A model generated the notes under the pieces. That model was not told where the DNA came from. It ran no database searches and was given only the letters and a program-made list of their open reading frames with translations. From an uncultured Verrucomicrobiae bacterium (GTDB lineage: Bacteria; Verrucomicrobiota; Verrucomicrobiia; Chthoniobacterales; JAFAMB01), in assembly GCA_963782115.1 (NCBI GenBank), contig CAWAIK010000003.1, positions 384,001 through 448,000 on the forward strand: DNA of 64,000 nucleotides, written 5' to 3'. The position numbers and the translations under genes were made by a program. Shown here piece after piece: positions 60,304 through 64,000 of this stretch. Positions within the stretch are counted from its first letter, which is position 1. Each line of letters begins with the position of its first letter.

Positions 60304-60584
60304 CAGAGAAACTTGGAGCCACGATACGGCTTGGCAAGCACAACCTTCAGAAACAACCCGGCCAGCCTGGGAATCTCGAAGAGAAAGAAGTACTCCACAA
60401 GGGATTGACACTAGTGTCGGTCTTATTGAGCGCGTCGCCGCGTGCCAGGTTTCCTTGCGGCTTGATCCAGTGAATCCTCTTCCAGGACCCCCGTGCGATA
60501 CTTCTTTTCTTCCACGAGATTCTCCAGTCTCGCTGCTTTCTTCGTTGAACCCTTGCCAGAATTTGTTTGAGTGCCGGGTTCCGG

Positions 60585-61715
60585 ATGTCTTTCGAAATAC
60601 TCAAGACCGATTCGTTTTCGCGGGCTCGTCGGGGCCGGTTGGTCACGCAACACGGGGTCGTCGAAACGCCGATCTTCATGCCAGTTGGCACGCAGGGTAC
60701 CGTCAAGGCAATGACACCGGATGAGCTTTGTTCTGTCGGCGCTCAGATTATCCTCGGTAACACCTATCATCTCTTCTTGAGGCCGGGTCTGGATGTGATC
60801 AGTCATTTTGGCGGGCTTCATCGATTCATGAGCTGGGACCGCCCAATCCTGACCGACAGCGGCGGATTCCAGGTTTTCTCACTCTCAAAACGCCGGCGAA
60901 TTACAGAAGAAGGCGTCCAATTCAACAATCACATCGACGGGGCCTCCTGCTTTCTCAGTCCGGAAATATCTATGGAGATACAGGCAACCTTTGAATCAGA
61001 TGTCGCAATGGCGTTCGACGAGTGCCCTCCCTATCCATGCGAATTCGAGTATGCTGCTGCCAGTTTAGAGCGCACACTGCGCTGGGCGCAGCGTTGCCGG
61101 ACCTGGATGACGGGTCAGAGGAATGAAAGATCTTCGCTCCTCTTCGGCATCGTTCAAGGAGCGACTTACCCCGACCTGCGCGAGCAGAGCGCTCGCGCTT
61201 TGGTTGAAATGGAGTTCGATGGATACGCGATCGGCGGCGTCAGCGTTGGCGAACCTGAGTCCGAAATGATGCGTGCTATCGAGTTTAGCGAACCGTTTTT
61301 GCCCGCGGAGCGGCCACGCTACGCCATGGGCCTTGGAACCCCTGCGCAGATCGTGGAAATGGTCGCTCGAGGAATCGACATGTTTGACTGTGTGCTTCCA
61401 ACCCGACTCGCACGAAACGGCACCGCATTCACCGAAATCGGAACGGTCAACTTGAAGAACAATCCCTACCGTCTCGACGAACGCCCGATCGAAGAAGAGT
61501 GTACCTGCGCCACTTGCCGGACCTTTGCGCGTGGATACATCCGCCACCTGGTCAAAGCGGAAGAAATTCTCGGGCTTCGTCTGATCACGGTACATAATCT
61601 ACATTTCTACCTGAACCTCATGCAACGTATCAGAGCGTCGCTTGAAGACGGTTCTTTTCCCTCGTTTCGTGAACGGTTCGTCGCCAACTATGTTCGGCAT
61701 AGCGCCGAGAATTAA
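60585..61715 (+). CDS. tgt: tRNA-guanine transglycosylase
   Basis: TPIFMPVGT, TDSGGFQV, GIVQG, DMFDCVLPTR and Zn site CTCATC...HN. Confidence 0.96.
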   Translation: MSFEILKTDSFSRARRGRLVTQHGVVETPIFMPVGTQGTVKAMTPDELCSVGAQIILGNTYHLFLRPGLDVISHFGGLHRFMSWDRPILTDSGGFQVFSLSKRRRITEEGVQFNNHIDGASCFLSPEISMEIQATFESDVAMAFDECPPYPCEFEYAAASLERTLRWAQRCRTWMTGQRNERSSLLFGIVQGATYPDLREQSARALVEMEFDGYAIGGVSVGEPESEMMRAIEFSEPFLPAERPRYAMGLGTPAQIVEMVARGIDMFDCVLPTRLARNGTAFTEIGTVNLKNNPYRLDERPIEEECTCATCRTFARGYIRHLVKAEEILGLRLITVHNLHFYLNLMQRIRASLEDGSFPSFRERFVANYVRHSAEN

Positions 61716-61760
61716 ATCCCAAATTCTTCCCGCTTTACTTCTGTGTTACGCTTGTTTGCG

Positions 61761-62240
61761 ATGAAACGAAAATTGTCGCTATTATTGTTACTTTTCGCCT
61801 TAACCCTGCATGCGCAGGAACCCGGCCCGGACGGGAAAATCATGCTCACGGTTGTCATGCGCCACGATCAGTCAAAGACGGTCGACGAAATCAATGATCA
61901 TCTTGAAAAGACCGGGTTTCGAAGAAATTTCCCGCCAGAGGGTGTCGAGATTGTTTCCTACAACATCGTCATGGGCATCGGACACCTCATCACCCTCCGT
62001 TTGCCACCCGATAAACTCCGCGAAGTCAATCTTGCATTCGAGCATGGCGTTTGGGGAGCGTTCCGAACAGAGTTCTACCCGACCTACGATTACCTTAAAG
62101 CCTTCTACGAATTGAAACAGAAGGACACCGGATCAGCCACCTCGAATCCCGCCCAAAATGAATCGGAAAACGAGAAGAAGCCGGCGGAATCAGCAACGCC
62201 TTCACCCGCAAAAAAGCTCCACAGAAAAAGTAACCAATGA
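61761..62240 (+). CDS. Secreted hypothetical protein
   Basis: Signal peptide and globular core (FPPEGVEIVS..MGIG...WGAFRTEFYPTYD). Confidence 0.75.
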   Translation: MKRKLSLLLLLFALTLHAQEPGPDGKIMLTVVMRHDQSKTVDEINDHLEKTGFRRNFPPEGVEIVSYNIVMGIGHLITLRLPPDKLREVNLAFEHGVWGAFRTEFYPTYDYLKAFYELKQKDTGSATSNPAQNESENEKKPAESATPSPAKKLHRKSNQ

Positions 62241-62479
62241 AAACTCCTCTCATCCCCCGCACGATTTTGGAAGCTTCCGTGCTGCAGATCTCGAGGAATT
62301 CCTTCTCGCAGCCGTAGTGACCCCTACGGCAAAGGTTGGAGCCGCGCTTTCACAGATGGATCAATTCCGCTGGATGCACGTCACGTTCTTGATGGGGCTC
62401 TATAATATCAGGCTGCCCGACTCCGTCAATGCGAGACGGTACACTAGTAAGGGCTGTCTTAATGACCAAAGCAGTCCGA

Positions 62480-62806
62480 TCAGGCGATACCGGTCGCGAC
62501 ATCTTCGAGCCGGGTCAACTGCGTTGACTCGATCTTCTGGACGATCGGCCCATCTTTTTCGCTGGCCTCTTTAGCATCAATCCATTCTTGATCGCTGTGG
62601 AAGCTGTTCCAGCTCGATTCCATGGACGAAGCGGACTCCCATTCCAAGACGTACCAGATTTGGCCAGACCCTTTAGCGTCGATCCAGAAGTTCATGATTT
62701 TAAAGCCCTTTTTTCTGAAGATGTCGAATGTATGGTTCTTAAAGCGGTTCAAGATTGCAGTTTCCTTGCCCGGTACCGGGATATAGTGGCGCAGCTCGTA
62801 AATCAT
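62480..62806 (-). CDS. NIPSNAP family protein
   Basis: MIYELRHY..PGK..RF..HT and WNSFHSDQEW...SEKDGPIV. Confidence 0.9.
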   Translation of the reverse strand: MIYELRHYIPVPGKETAILNRFKNHTFDIFRKKGFKIMNFWIDAKGSGQIWYVLEWESASSMESSWNSFHSDQEWIDAKEASEKDGPIVQKIESTQLTRLEDVATGIA

Positions 62807-63028
62807 ACAGGAACATGTTGCATCCCCGCTTGAGGCTACGGACACCAAGGCACCGGCGTGCGCCATGATACTACCGACGCACACCGGCCCGAAAGCAACT
62901 CCTTTTTGGCGGGAGTCGGATCGCTTGCGAAAGCCCTGAAAAAATCATTCGAGAGCTTGCCGCCTACATCAGCCGCATCTTTTTAGAAGCATTCTCGGCA
63001 ACATAGTGGTTGAGTTCGGCGCCGCGAT

Positions 63029-64000
63029 TTAACGCTTCTCTCCCCCCGTATCTCGTTCGACGCGGGTAGTCTTACCGCTTTCATCGACATCAACGTCTTC
63101 GCGTCGGACGTTCTCTCGAATTGTCTCCTGCTCGACGCCTTGGGTCTTCCGCAGACGTACGCCACCGGTAACACGAGTTTCTTTTTCAACGACGGGCTCT
63201 TCGCGGTTTAACGGAACCTTGATCTGCTCTTCCCGAAATGGTTCCGTGCCACTTGACTCAACCTCGTGGGCGGCAACGCGTTCAACAACAATGTCTTCGT
63301 GCTTCAGTTCAACAGGCACGTTGACCTGTTCGGTGGTTACGGTCTTGTGGAGCTTTACTTCGCCAGCACCAACCGTTCTCTTGCCGACTTTTACCTCTTC
63401 TTCCGAGAGAGGCACCTCGACAGTGTCACCTCCCGTTTCTCGTATTGGAATGTCAGCCGTTGTCTCGGATACCTCATGTTCGGCCCTGTACGGCCGGGTT
63501 GCCACTCGCTCTGAGCGGGAGCCCGATGTCGGACCAAGACCCAAATCGGTGCTCTCTCCTTCACCGATCTCACCTCTCCAACCACCCGTCTCGCGTCCTC
63601 TTTCTTCCATATAATCTCGGAACCGTTGTAGGTCTCCTTCAATGCGTCCCGACGGAATCCCTAAGGCGTCGCCAGTTCTCTCCAACAACCCTTCAGGCTC
63701 GTACCCGATCGTTGCATTGACTCGCGTCAAATCAGCACCCAATTCTTCGAACGTTATAGTTCCTGAGTTCGGACTTCCATCGACGCTCTCCCAAGCGATT
63801 CTTTGGTCGGGAACCTGATCTGTAATTTCGGCCTCCCATTCTTTGACTTTCCCGGCGATCTTCGCTTTCCAAAATAAAAACTTCTCGCCTTCTTGACGGA
63901 CTTCTTCAACGCCTTCCATGAAGTGTGGAAATTCTTCAAATTGAGTCCATTGATTGTAGACCGCTCTGAGCGGTGCATTGACTTCTATAGAGTGAGTACT
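63029..64000 (-). CDS. SRPBCC (cyclase/START-like) domain fused to DUF2382/YsnF domain; 5' end outside the window
   Basis: The frame is open to the right edge: SIEVNAPLRAVYNQWTQFEEFPHFMEGV...PDQRIAW...GWRG, then VPLSEEEVKVGKR..GEVKLHK...VRREDVDV. Confidence 0.88.
   Translation of the reverse strand, partial: STHSIEVNAPLRAVYNQWTQFEEFPHFMEGVEEVRQEGEKFLFWKAKIAGKVKEWEAEITDQVPDQRIAWESVDGSPNSGTITFEELGADLTRVNATIGYEPEGLLERTGDALGIPSGRIEGDLQRFRDYMEERGRETGGWRGEIGEGESTDLGLGPTSGSRSERVATRPYRAEHEVSETTADIPIRETGGDTVEVPLSEEEVKVGKRTVGAGEVKLHKTVTTEQVNVPVELKHEDIVVERVAAHEVESSGTEPFREEQIKVPLNREEPVVEKETRVTGGVRLRKTQGVEQETIRENVRREDVDVDESGKTTRVERDTGGEKR

Noticed and set aside
1..64000. tRNA or rRNA genes, integrase, tnpB/iscB
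   Set aside because: No T-loop GTTCGA cloverleaf, rRNA signature, recombinase motif or RuvC/zinc-finger TnpB motif noticed. This was by eye only; tRNAscan-SE and HMM searches would confirm.

Overview
64 kb of a bacterial chromosome from the PVC superphylum, very probably Verrucomicrobiota. It encodes the PVC small basic signature protein at 37309-37464, which the ORF track misses, and verrucomicrobial-style pilins. (1) 1-11.8 kb is an accessory-looking island cut by the left edge. Type IV pilus genes (PilO/N/M-like, PilC, two pilins, PilT) are interleaved with a VirB10/TrbI-like gene, a VirB9/TraN-like gene, a Rep_3-family replication initiator and a DUF4388-TM-FGE-sulfatase protein. Two similarly built structured non-coding leaders lie upstream of a pilin gene and of the VirB9-like gene. 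This is the best candidate for an undescribed system. (2) 12-47 kb is mostly housekeeping: trmD, PBP1A, speA, clpS, sixA, holB, tmk, lpxD, secA, miaA, SufT/IscU-like genes and a GT2/GT-C glycosylation cluster. It also holds several pseudogenes with clean deletions (VOC, ion channel, ridA, pyrE). (3) 47.99-52.59 kb is a 4.07-kb cassette between two 266-bp direct repeats. It carries a Tn3 transposase fragment, a broken beta-propeller gene, a TetR gene with two palindromic operators and a Mu/Tn552-like AAA ATPase fragment. (4) 52.6-64 kb is housekeeping and stress genes: hrpB, DEAD-box helicase, purC, tgt, NIPSNAP and an SRPBCC-DUF2382 fusion. I saw no rRNA, tRNA or CRISPR array. All family calls come from motif recognition by eye, not from database searches.
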